IMG/VR virus record: IMGVR_UViG_3300036402_000107
Span: 1 to 56,019 of that record
DNA length: 56,019 nucleotides
Strand: one strand, 5' to 3'
Source of the DNA: a virus
Lineage: Duplodnaviria > Caudoviricetes
Shown: piece by piece, positions 19,010 through 25,999 of the stretch
Layout: every line of letters starts with the position of its first letter
How positions within the stretch are numbered: the stretch's first letter is position 1
The notes under the pieces: generated by a model
The model's input: the letters and a program-made list of their open reading frames with translations, nothing else
Told to the model about the DNA's origin: nothing
Databases searched by the model: none
Position numbers and translations under genes: made by a program

Positions 19010-19435
19010 GTGCAGACGATCAAGACACTCCAAGGACAGTTTTTCCTCCTCAGCAACTTCGCCCCGACTCCCGTCAGCTTCGAGGGCGTCCTCTTCCCGA
19101 CCGTTGAACACGCCTTCCAAGCCCAGAAGACGCACGACAACGCCGAGCGTCGGCGGATCGCGAGCCTCCCCAAGCCCGGTCAGGCGAAGCACGCCGGGAA
19201 GCGAGTCAAGCTCCGGGAGGATTGGGAGCAGGTCAAGGTCGGGATCATGAAGGCGATTCTCGTCGCCAAGTTCGAGCAGAACGCAGCAGCACGGGACGTC
19301 CTTTATCGAACCGGCGACGCCCGGATCGAGGAGGGCAACCTTTGGAACGACACCTTTTGGGGCGTCAGCCTTAAGACCGGGAAGGGCAAGAACACCCTCG
19401 GGCTCCTCCTCGAAGAGATCCGCAACACGCTTTGA
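19010..19435 (+). CDS. NADAR (YbiA-like) family protein
   Basis: 'LSNF', 'FPTVEHAFQAQK', 'LREDWEQVK..IM..ILVAKF.QN', 'EGN.W.DTFWG', 'GKN.LG.LL..IR'. Confidence 0.9.
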   Translation: MQTIKTLQGQFFLLSNFAPTPVSFEGVLFPTVEHAFQAQKTHDNAERRRIASLPKPGQAKHAGKRVKLREDWEQVKVGIMKAILVAKFEQNAAARDVLYRTGDARIEEGNLWNDTFWGVSLKTGKGKNTLGLLLEEIRNTL

Positions 19436-19498
19436 GCCGAAACGCCCGAGAGGGCGTCTGCAGCGATCGACCCCGCTGCACTGACGAGGCAGGTTCCT
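19436..19498 (+). ncRNA. Type II hammerhead ribozyme HH1
   Basis: GCC-GAAAC-GCCC-GAGA-GGGC-GTC^(19458)-TGCAGCG-loop-CGCTGCA-CTGACGA-GGC-AGGTTCCT; complete catalytic core. Confidence 0.93.
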
Positions 19499-19515
19499 TG
19501 ACTCAGGAGACACCG

Positions 19516-19836
19516 ATGATTCTCGAGATCCAGAAGTGGCAGCAGGACGTGCAGGCCAAGAACCTGCACCGGGCGGACGTCGTGCACAAGTTCAGCGGCA
19601 TTAAGGTCGGCTTCATGACGCAGCAGACCTACAAGTGCAAGGGCGGTCTGGGAGCGACGTTCAAGATGTACGCCCTGCTCTCGAACGGCACCGACACCAC
19701 CTACGTCTGGTCTTCCTCGATCAACGGCGGCGACCTCACCCACGAGAACGAGCAGTGTGCTCGCCGGTGCGGGCTGGAGATCCTGACCCGCTACGTCGAG
19801 AAGCACGGCGTGCCCGGGGTTAAGCAGATCGCTTGA
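19516..19836 (+). CDS. Hypothetical protein (gene B of cassette 1)
   Basis: AGGAG 19505-19509, ATG 19516. Confidence 0.65.
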   Translation: MILEIQKWQQDVQAKNLHRADVVHKFSGIKVGFMTQQTYKCKGGLGATFKMYALLSNGTDTTYVWSSSINGGDLTHENEQCARRCGLEILTRYVEKHGVPGVKQIA

Positions 19837-19861
19837 CACCAACGCGTTCGTGTGGTAGAAT
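19833..19861 (+). promoter_or_regulatory. Early sigma70 promoter P2
   Basis: TTGACA-17-TAGAAT with extended TG. Confidence 0.8.
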
Positions 19862-19916
19862 CCGTGGTTGGGGGTCTGACCCGGCAGGTTCCGGGGTTCG
19901 AGAGGATCGGTGCTCT

Positions 19917-20180
19917 GTGTTCTTTGTCTTCGCTGAAGATCTCTGCTCCTGCCTCGTCGGCCCGTTCGAGACCCGCGAGGAGGCGGAGGGTCATCTGGCT
20001 TGGTGCCGTGACGAGCGGCACGACGGTGCGACCATGGAGGTCGTGTCTCGGTTCATCGCCGAGCGTCTGTCGCCGGACATGACGATGACCCCCGCCCTAG
20101 ACCGGGCGTCCTCCCCCGTCGCCAGCGACGCCCTGCAGCCGTGGGACGACCTCGACGCGAACGGCCGTCAGGTCTTCTAA
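19917..20180 (+). CDS. Hypothetical protein
   Basis: Downstream of P2, GAGG upstream; 'VGPFETREEA' motif. Confidence 0.5.
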   Translation: MFFVFAEDLCSCLVGPFETREEAEGHLAWCRDERHDGATMEVVSRFIAERLSPDMTMTPALDRASSPVASDALQPWDDLDANGRQVF

Positions 20181-20208
20181 ACCGAACAACAACTTAACGA
20201 AGATCAAG

Positions 20209-20245
20209 AGACCCCTCCCCGTGACCCGGGCGAGGGGTCTTGCGT
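20209..20245 (+). terminator. Hairpin/terminator before P3
   Basis: AGACCCCTC / GAGGGGTCT stem. Confidence 0.45.
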
Positions 20246-20301
20246 TATAAAGGGCGTCCGCGTCTATACTACTTGCGTTAACGCAAAAGCTGTGGTATAA
20301 T
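20245..20301 (+). promoter_or_regulatory. Early sigma70 promoter P3 with palindromic box
   Basis: TTATAAA-N11-TCTATAC (20245-20269); TTGCGT(20273)-17-TATAAT(20296), extended TG. Confidence 0.85.
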
Positions 20302-20364
20302 CCTCTTTCGGTTGCGGATTCGCAACCGGCCGATCCGGCGGTGAGTCCGGACTGAAAGGACTAG

Positions 20365-20769
20365 ATGATGATTCGCCAGTTCATTCCGATCGGCTTCGAG
20401 TTCCCCGGTGGCTACACTTGGTGCGTCGACGACGAAAAGAAGGAATCGCACGCCGTCTACCCTGACGGGTCGTCCAAGCCCGCGACTGAGTCTTACTCCG
20501 GTGACTTCCTGTCCTTTGCCTTAGATTCAGTCGATCAAGAAGTCTGGCTGGAGCTGACCCGCCCTCTCGTCTGGATCGACACCGGCCTCGAAGGCCAGCC
20601 GTACGTCGAGGTCTACGAGGTCTTCGTCTGCACCGCCGTGATCGACGGCGTGAAGGTGGCCCGGTACTCGAACCCGGAGAAGGACGAAATGGTCGAGGTG
20701 CCCGTGAGCGAGATCCGCACCGGTCGCGGGGTCTTCGCCGACAAGAACGTCTTCGACTGCTCCAAGTAA
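20365..20769 (+). CDS. Hypothetical acidic protein (gene A of cassette 2)
   Basis: GAAAGGA SD then ATG; stop abuts HH2. Confidence 0.7.
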   Translation: MMIRQFIPIGFEFPGGYTWCVDDEKKESHAVYPDGSSKPATESYSGDFLSFALDSVDQEVWLELTRPLVWIDTGLEGQPYVEVYEVFVCTAVIDGVKVARYSNPEKDEMVEVPVSEIRTGRGVFADKNVFDCSK

Positions 20770-20833
20770 GCCGAAACGCCCGCGAGGGCGTCGAGCGAGG
20801 ATTGACCTCCCGCTCCTGACGAGGCAGGTTCCT
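20770..20833 (+). ncRNA. Type II hammerhead ribozyme HH2
   Basis: GCC-GAAAC-GCCC-GCGA-GGGC-GTC^(20792)-GAGCG(A)GG..CCCGCTC-CTGACGA-GGC-AGGTTCCT. Confidence 0.93.
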
Positions 20834-20852
20834 CCTGACGGAGAATGACGAG

Positions 20853-21251
20853 ATGACCATCACCCAGATCAAGCGGAAGCACAACCCCCATCAACCCGTG
20901 GGCCGCTGGATTCGCCCCGCGAAGCGGATGGCGATCTACCTCAGGGATCGCTTCCAGTGCCTTTACTGTGGTGCCGACCTCCACGGCGTCACCGACCCCC
21001 GCCACATCCAGCTCGACCACAAGACCCCGGTGAGCAAGGGAGGCTCGAACCTCGAGCACAACGTCTTCACGACCTGCATGCGTTGCAACTGCTCGCGGGG
21101 ATCGAAGCCCTTCCGGTCGTTCGCGACCACGGGGGCGAAGCAGCGGGCCAAGCGTCAGCTCTCGCTCTCGCTCAAGCCGTACCTCGCCCTCGCCAAGGCC
21201 ATCTGCTCGGGGGCGGTCAGCAGGGAGCAGGCTCTCAGCGAGATCCGCTAG
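20853..21251 (+). CDS. HNH endonuclease
   Basis: 'RDRFQCLYCG...LDHKTPVSKGGSN...NVFTTCMRCNCSRG'. Confidence 0.85.
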   Translation: MTITQIKRKHNPHQPVGRWIRPAKRMAIYLRDRFQCLYCGADLHGVTDPRHIQLDHKTPVSKGGSNLEHNVFTTCMRCNCSRGSKPFRSFATTGAKQRAKRQLSLSLKPYLALAKAICSGAVSREQALSEIR

Positions 21252-21296
21252 CGTCCGTGAAACGACCGGGCACCCCCGGGGTGATGAAAGGTGACG

Positions 21297-21449
21297 ATGA
21301 TCTACCGAATCCTGCAAGCTCGCTTCGGCCGTTGGGGGCGTCGCCTCGCCCTCCTCTGCGTCGCAATCTGGGTCTTCACGCTCCTCTGCTGCCTGCTGGC
21401 CTTTGGCTGGCAGCTGTTAGGGCGTTATAAAAGCGGCGGGGCTTTATAG
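21297..21449 (+). CDS. 50-aa single-pass membrane peptide (not in the ORF track)
   Basis: TGAAAGG SD; MIYRILQARFGRWGRRLALLCVAIWVFTLLCCLLAFGWQLLGRYKSGGAL*. Confidence 0.5.
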   Translation: MIYRILQARFGRWGRRLALLCVAIWVFTLLCCLLAFGWQLLGRYKSGGAL

Positions 21450-21489
21450 CAGGCAGGGGATTGCGTAGGCTTACAGCCTGTGGTACAAT
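21425..21489 (+). promoter_or_regulatory. Early sigma70 promoter P4 with palindromic box
   Basis: TTATAAA-N11-TTTATAG (21425-21449); TTGCGT(21461)-17-TACAAT(21484), extended TG. Confidence 0.85.
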
Positions 21490-21556
21490 GCGTCCTCAGT
21501 CGTGGGATCACGACTGGCCGACCCGGCGGTGAGTCCGGGATGAAAGGACGTGCGAC

Positions 21557-21748
21557 GTGAGCGAGACGAACCTCCCCAAGTGGATCGAAGACCTGAAGGC
21601 GGACTTTATCGAGTGGAGCGGCGGCTTCGGCCCCGAGGAGTGCGAGGTCGATGAGATCACCAAGTACCTCGAAGTCAGCGAGATCGACGAGGACGACGAT
21701 CGATTCGGTGCCCTCTGGGATCTCCACAACGGCGAGCTTGAAGACTGA
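21557..21748 (+). CDS. Small, very acidic protein (gene A of cassette 3)
   Basis: GAAAGGA SD, GTG start; 63 aa, D/E-rich; stop abuts HH3. Confidence 0.65.
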   Translation: MSETNLPKWIEDLKADFIEWSGGFGPEECEVDEITKYLEVSEIDEDDDRFGALWDLHNGELED

Positions 21749-21812
21749 GCCGAAACGCCCGCGAGGGCGTCCGACCGAGACTAACCCCCGGTCGCTGATG
21801 AGGCAGGTTCCT
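21749..21812 (+). ncRNA. Type II hammerhead ribozyme HH3
   Basis: GCC-GAAAC-GCCC-GCGA-GGGC-GTC^(21771)-CGACCG..CGGTCG-CTGATGA-GGC-AGGTTCCT. Confidence 0.93.
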
Positions 21813-21833
21813 CGATCTCGAAAGGATCACGTC

Positions 21834-22991
21834 ATGGTTGCAGGAAAGATCACCCCCGCTGGTCACATGGTCAAGGGTCTCGACGGCGTTGAGCGTTTCG
21901 TCGCCCACGAGGCCGATCAGGACGGCCCGGTCACCGAGACGACGAAGACCCCGCGTCTCGCCCCCAAGAGCAAGGCCGAGAAGAAGGCCGACAAGGCCGC
22001 GAAGAAGGGCAAGCCGGTCGTCGAGACCGTCGACGCCGGTGGCGGCATCTTGGTCGACGTCGCGGACAGCAAGCCCGCGAAGAAGGCCAAGAAGGTCAAG
22101 ACCGCTGGCCCGCTCTCGACCGAGGTCTCCAACCCGGAGCAGGAGGAAGTGAAGAAGACGACGTGCAACCACGGCGTCAAGTCCAACGAGAGCATCCTCT
22201 GGGAGATCGCCGACAAGTACAGCAACGCCTGTGCGACCCGGATCTCTGACCCGTTCACGGGCGAGAGCACCGGCTTCGCGATGGTGCACGGCTGGGACGG
22301 TGCCGCCGAGCAGTGGCACTCCGTCCGCCCGGTGAGCGACCGGTACAAGCCGATCCGGACACAGGATCTCATCGAGATCGCCGTCGAGCGTCTGCAGGGG
22401 ACGCCGCTGATGGCCGAGAAGATCCGCACCGACCGCTTCGGCACTTCGCTCGAGGTCAAGATCCCGATCAACCGCCCGATCGAGATCGGCAAGGGCGTCG
22501 CGTTCGATCAGGGTCACCCGTGGACTCGCCACGGCGAGCACACCAAGCGGGACGTGCTCTACCCGGTCGTGAACATACGTAACGCCTACGACGCCACCTC
22601 CTCGATCATCGTCGACGTCGGGCTGTTCCGGATGATCTGCAGCAACGGCATGAAGATCATGCTCGCGGGAGTCGGTGCCAAGGCGATCCACACGAAGCAC
22701 GAGGTCGCCCGCGTCATCGAGACCATCGCCAAGCAGGAACTCACCGGCGACCTCGACTTCGTCCGCAAGCTCTCGGTCGCGAAGCTCGACGTCAAGGACG
22801 TCGCGAAGATCATGGGCGACCGCGTCCCCGAGAAGTGGCAGAAGGAGCTAGCGGAGTACGCCAAGCTCGGCGGGAACACCGCTTGGTCGTGGATGAACGG
22901 CCTGAGCTACCTGAGCACCCACGAGTATAGTCTCCTCCGCTCGCGTCAGCTTGACCCGATCATGACGGCGATTCAGAAGCTCGCCGCCTAG
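21834..22991 (+). CDS. DUF932-like protein with Lys-rich N-terminus
   Basis: 'VSDRYKPI', 'NAYDATSS....GLFRMICSNGM', 'IHTK', 'TAWSWMN..S...TH'. Confidence 0.75.
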   Translation: MVAGKITPAGHMVKGLDGVERFVAHEADQDGPVTETTKTPRLAPKSKAEKKADKAAKKGKPVVETVDAGGGILVDVADSKPAKKAKKVKTAGPLSTEVSNPEQEEVKKTTCNHGVKSNESILWEIADKYSNACATRISDPFTGESTGFAMVHGWDGAAEQWHSVRPVSDRYKPIRTQDLIEIAVERLQGTPLMAEKIRTDRFGTSLEVKIPINRPIEIGKGVAFDQGHPWTRHGEHTKRDVLYPVVNIRNAYDATSSIIVDVGLFRMICSNGMKIMLAGVGAKAIHTKHEVARVIETIAKQELTGDLDFVRKLSVAKLDVKDVAKIMGDRVPEKWQKELAEYAKLGGNTAWSWMNGLSYLSTHEYSLLRSRQLDPIMTAIQKLAA

Positions 22992-23073
22992 GGCCGAGAC
23001 CGCCGACCACGGACGCCCTCCCGACGCGGAGGGCGTCCTGCTCGTTGGTCTCAGACCAGAAGGGAAGCAGGAG

Positions 23074-23346
23074 ATGGACAAGACGAACAGCCACCGCCAC
23101 AAGTGTGCAGTGTGCGGCTTCGTTTGGCGTCACGCGAACGAGTCCCCCGGGCGTGACAACGACGTGGCCCACACGTGCCGGTGCGGCAACCAGCAGTTCT
23201 TCATCTACCGGGGCGAGGACAAGGCACAGGTCGCGACGTGCGGGCGTCCCTGCAGGCAGGGCGACCGACCCGTCCTCGCCCCCGGCGTCGTGTATCAAGC
23301 TTACTTCGGCGACCTGCACCCCGACAACAAACCCGGCGACCTCTAG
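23074..23346 (+). CDS. Small Zn-finger-like hypothetical protein
   Basis: AGGAG SD; 'HKCAVCGFVWRH...HTCRCG'. Confidence 0.55.
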   Translation: MDKTNSHRHKCAVCGFVWRHANESPGRDNDVAHTCRCGNQQFFIYRGEDKAQVATCGRPCRQGDRPVLAPGVVYQAYFGDLHPDNKPGDL

Positions 23347-23385
23347 CCGACGACCCGGCGTGACCCGGGCTGAAAGGAACGCAAC

Positions 23386-23877
23386 GTGAACGAAGCACAG
23401 AAGAAGATTCTCGAGAAGCACCCCGGAGCCCGGCTGCAGAAGCTGGTCTACGTCGGCGTCCGACCCGGCAACAAGACCAAGCGGGTGTACGGCTACGTCA
23501 AGGTCAGTGACGACGACCTCAAGTCAGGTAACCCGGTGGTCAATGCCGCACAGGCGATGTACTGGAAGAAGAGCCTCTACCCGGGCACGGCGGGGACGGT
23601 CATCGAGATCGTCATGGAGGAGGGGGCGGACGGCGTCTCGATCTGGAAGGCCGTAAACTACGTGGGCCGCTGGCCGAACCGCGAGCAGTGCGTCGCGTGG
23701 CAGGCGGAGCACGACGAGACGGTGGCCGACCTCGACAGCAAGAAGGACGCGATGCACGACTCGATCATCGAGACGCTGGCACCGGTCGCGAAAGCCTACC
23801 GACACTCGAACCGAGCGGGACGGGCCGTGCTCCTCGCCAAGGTCATCCGGTACCTTACGGCCTCGTCCTTCGACTAG
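23386..23877 (+). CDS. Hypothetical protein
   Basis: Preceded by a CCCGG/CCGGG hairpin and TGAAAGGA SD. Confidence 0.65.
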   Translation: MNEAQKKILEKHPGARLQKLVYVGVRPGNKTKRVYGYVKVSDDDLKSGNPVVNAAQAMYWKKSLYPGTAGTVIEIVMEEGADGVSIWKAVNYVGRWPNREQCVAWQAEHDETVADLDSKKDAMHDSIIETLAPVAKAYRHSNRAGRAVLLAKVIRYLTASSFD

Positions 23878-23935
23878 ACGCAACGCGTCCCGACCCCCCG
23901 ACGTACAACCCGGCGAAGACGACCGCTCTCGGGGA

Positions 23936-24004
23936 TTATAGAGAGCGGTCTTCTTTATAACGCAACAGGAAGTACTTGCGTTGACGACCAGCCTGTGTTA
24001 TAAT
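23936..24004 (+). promoter_or_regulatory. Early sigma70 promoter P5 with palindromic box (overlaps a terminator-like hairpin)
   Basis: TTATAGA-N11-TTTATAA (23936-23960); TTGCGT(23976)-17-TATAAT(23999), extended TG. Confidence 0.85.
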
Positions 24005-24070
24005 GCGTTCTCGGTCGGGGTTTCCGACCGAGCCGACCCGGCGACGAACCCGGGATGACGGAGACGACCA

Positions 24071-24376
24071 ATGACCAACGAGACTTTCAACGCCGCCTTT
24101 TCGCAGAAGTCCGCCTTTGCGGCCATCCGCTCGCTCGGACTGACCGTCAAGAAGACTGAGGACGGCGAGATCCGAGTGAACTTCAAGGGTCACAGCGAGG
24201 AGACCGCCTACTACACCACCGACCTGAAGGACGCTTACGACACCGCCCGTTCGATGGCTGCCCTCAAGGCGAGCAGCAGCCCCAAGAAGAAGTGTCACCT
24301 TTGCGGCGGCACCGACCACACCTCCTCGCAGTGCGAGTTCACCGGCGAAGCCGAAGCCACCGACATGAATCGCTGA
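24071..24376 (+). CDS. Hypothetical protein with C-terminal CCHC zinc knuckle (gene A of cassette 4)
   Basis: 'CHLCGGTDHTSSQC' = CX2CX4HX4C. Confidence 0.7.
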   Translation: MTNETFNAAFSQKSAFAAIRSLGLTVKKTEDGEIRVNFKGHSEETAYYTTDLKDAYDTARSMAALKASSSPKKKCHLCGGTDHTSSQCEFTGEAEATDMNR

Positions 24377-24412
24377 AACGAGACGACCCGCCCGTGGGTC
24401 ATGAAACGGGAA

Positions 24413-24475
24413 GCCGAAACGCCCTGCGGGGCGTCGGGCGGGAATGACCTCCCGCCCCTGATGAGGCAGGTTCCT
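24413..24475 (+). ncRNA. Type II hammerhead ribozyme HH4
   Basis: GCC-GAAAC-GCCC-TGCG-GGGC-GTC^(24435)-GGGCGGGA-ATGACC-TCCCGCCC-CTGATGA-GGC-AGGTTCCT. Confidence 0.93.
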
Positions 24476-24497
24476 CGACTCAAGAACGGAGGCCCCC

Positions 24498-25184
24498 GTG
24501 GCCAACAAGCTCGCAGCTGCTATCGCGTTCCGTCAGTACGCCAAGACCAAGACCCGCAAGGTCGGTGACGCCGTCGACGACCCGATCGCCGACAAGCTCG
24601 CCAAGGCCCAGTCCGCCGACGACATGGCCAAGCTCGCCATCGAGTCGGGCATCCCCAAGGACGTTGTCGAGGAGAAGGCCAAGAAGGCCCCGAACCCCGG
24701 TCAGTTCCGCATGACCATCGGGAACCTGATCCGTGGCGTTTACGCCCGGGTCGAGAAGTACCACACCCTCACGGGCGGGCGGGTCGATGCGGCGGACGTC
24801 GGGACGAAGAAGCTCTTTCAGGCGAAGATGGCGGAGTACCGCAAGGCCAACCGCCCCGTGAAGGACGGCCCGAAGCCCTCGACTGGGAAGAAGAAGACCG
24901 AGACCGCCAAGAAGGGCGGCAGGGTCGCTGCCTCCAAAAGCGGCAAGGGCGACGCTGCGGCGACTCCCAAGGGAGCACCCAGCAAGTCCGAGGCCGCTGG
25001 CCGTGGCAAGGGAAAGAAGGGTGGCGACGGTTCTGCCAAGAAGTCCCGCTGGCAGCGGAACGCCAGCAACAAGAAGGGCAAGCCCGCTGCTGACGCTGCT
25101 GACGGTGCGGGCGTGGGCGAGCAGGGCGAGCAGGAGGGCGGGCAGTCCAGTCTTGCCGAGGCAATTGCCGAAGCCAACAGCTGA
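24498..25184 (+). CDS. Hypothetical protein with Lys/Ala/Gly-rich basic tail
   Basis: GGAGG SD, GTG start; 'PNPGQFRMTIGNLIRG' core. Confidence 0.7.
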   Translation: MANKLAAAIAFRQYAKTKTRKVGDAVDDPIADKLAKAQSADDMAKLAIESGIPKDVVEEKAKKAPNPGQFRMTIGNLIRGVYARVEKYHTLTGGRVDAADVGTKKLFQAKMAEYRKANRPVKDGPKPSTGKKKTETAKKGGRVAASKSGKGDAAATPKGAPSKSEAAGRGKGKKGGDGSAKKSRWQRNASNKKGKPAADAADGAGVGEQGEQEGGQSSLAEAIAEANS

Positions 25185-25399
25185 TCTCGTGAACGCGTGG
25201 GCGGTGAGGCTGGGTGGCAACCCCCGCCTCACCGCCTTGTTTCTGGACGTCACCTTTAGAGCCTTCCCCGACGAGTGGTGCATGCGAGCTTTTGGCGTCC
25301 CCTACCCTCCGCTCTCCGTGGTCTTCGGCAACGGGTCACAGGAGCGGTACCAAGAGATGATCCGCCGCCCGGGAAGCTACGTGAAGAGAGACTGACCCC

Positions 25400-25999
25400 A
25401 TGGCCAAGACCAAGACCCCGAAACCCAAGAAGGATTACGGCGACGGCGAGCGACCCGGCAAAGAGCCACCGCTCGCCGTCGCCGTCCACCGGCGGAAGAA
25501 CCACGAACAGATGATCCTTGAGTGTGCCGAGCAGATCGAGCCGGGCTGTCCGCTCGACCCGATCGCGAGAGCCTACGGACTCCTGCAGGCTCTCGGCCAG
25601 ATGTACGACTCGCTCAGGGTCGCCGTCGACGAAGCGGTCGCCGACAAGATCCGTGCTGACGGCCCGTTTGTTCTCGGTGAGGAGAAGTTCTACGTCGGCA
25701 AGAAGAAGAACACCAAGCAGACCGCCACGCACTCCGACCTCTACCTGTTCCTGATGGACTTGACGGGCGGGGATACGGAGACGGTGATGAGCTGCCTGAG
25801 TTCCAACGCGTGGAAGCACGGCACGATCAAGAAGCTCCTCGAAGAGAAGCTGACGGAGGGGGCGGACGCCGAGATCGCCTTTCTCAAGCTCTTCGAGGTC
25901 AGGGAAGAAGACGAAGTGAAGACGGGCAAGCCGACGAAGAAGGACGGCGACTTGCAGCGAATCCCCGTGGCTCTCCTCAAGAGGCTACAACAGTCATGA
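25400..25999 (+). CDS. Hypothetical protein
   Basis: Typical codon usage; stop overlaps the next ATG. Confidence 0.6.
   Translation: MAKTKTPKPKKDYGDGERPGKEPPLAVAVHRRKNHEQMILECAEQIEPGCPLDPIARAYGLLQALGQMYDSLRVAVDEAVADKIRADGPFVLGEEKFYVGKKKNTKQTATHSDLYLFLMDLTGGDTETVMSCLSSNAWKHGTIKKLLEEKLTEGADAEIAFLKLFEVREEDEVKTGKPTKKDGDLQRIPVALLKRLQQS

Noticed and set aside
19432-19515. N-terminal extensions of ORFs 19432-19836 and 21651-22991 in the ORF track
   Set aside because: They run through ribozymes; SD-supported starts are 19516 and 21834.
24377-24412. Possible extra ribozyme before HH4 (GAAAC motifs)
   Set aside because: No CUGANGA core or stem III partner; looks like a degenerate hairpin-B unit.
19436-24475. 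Repeats as a CRISPR array, REP elements or attC sites
   Set aside because: They are 1-2.7 kb apart with genes between them, and the conserved bases match the hammerhead core.
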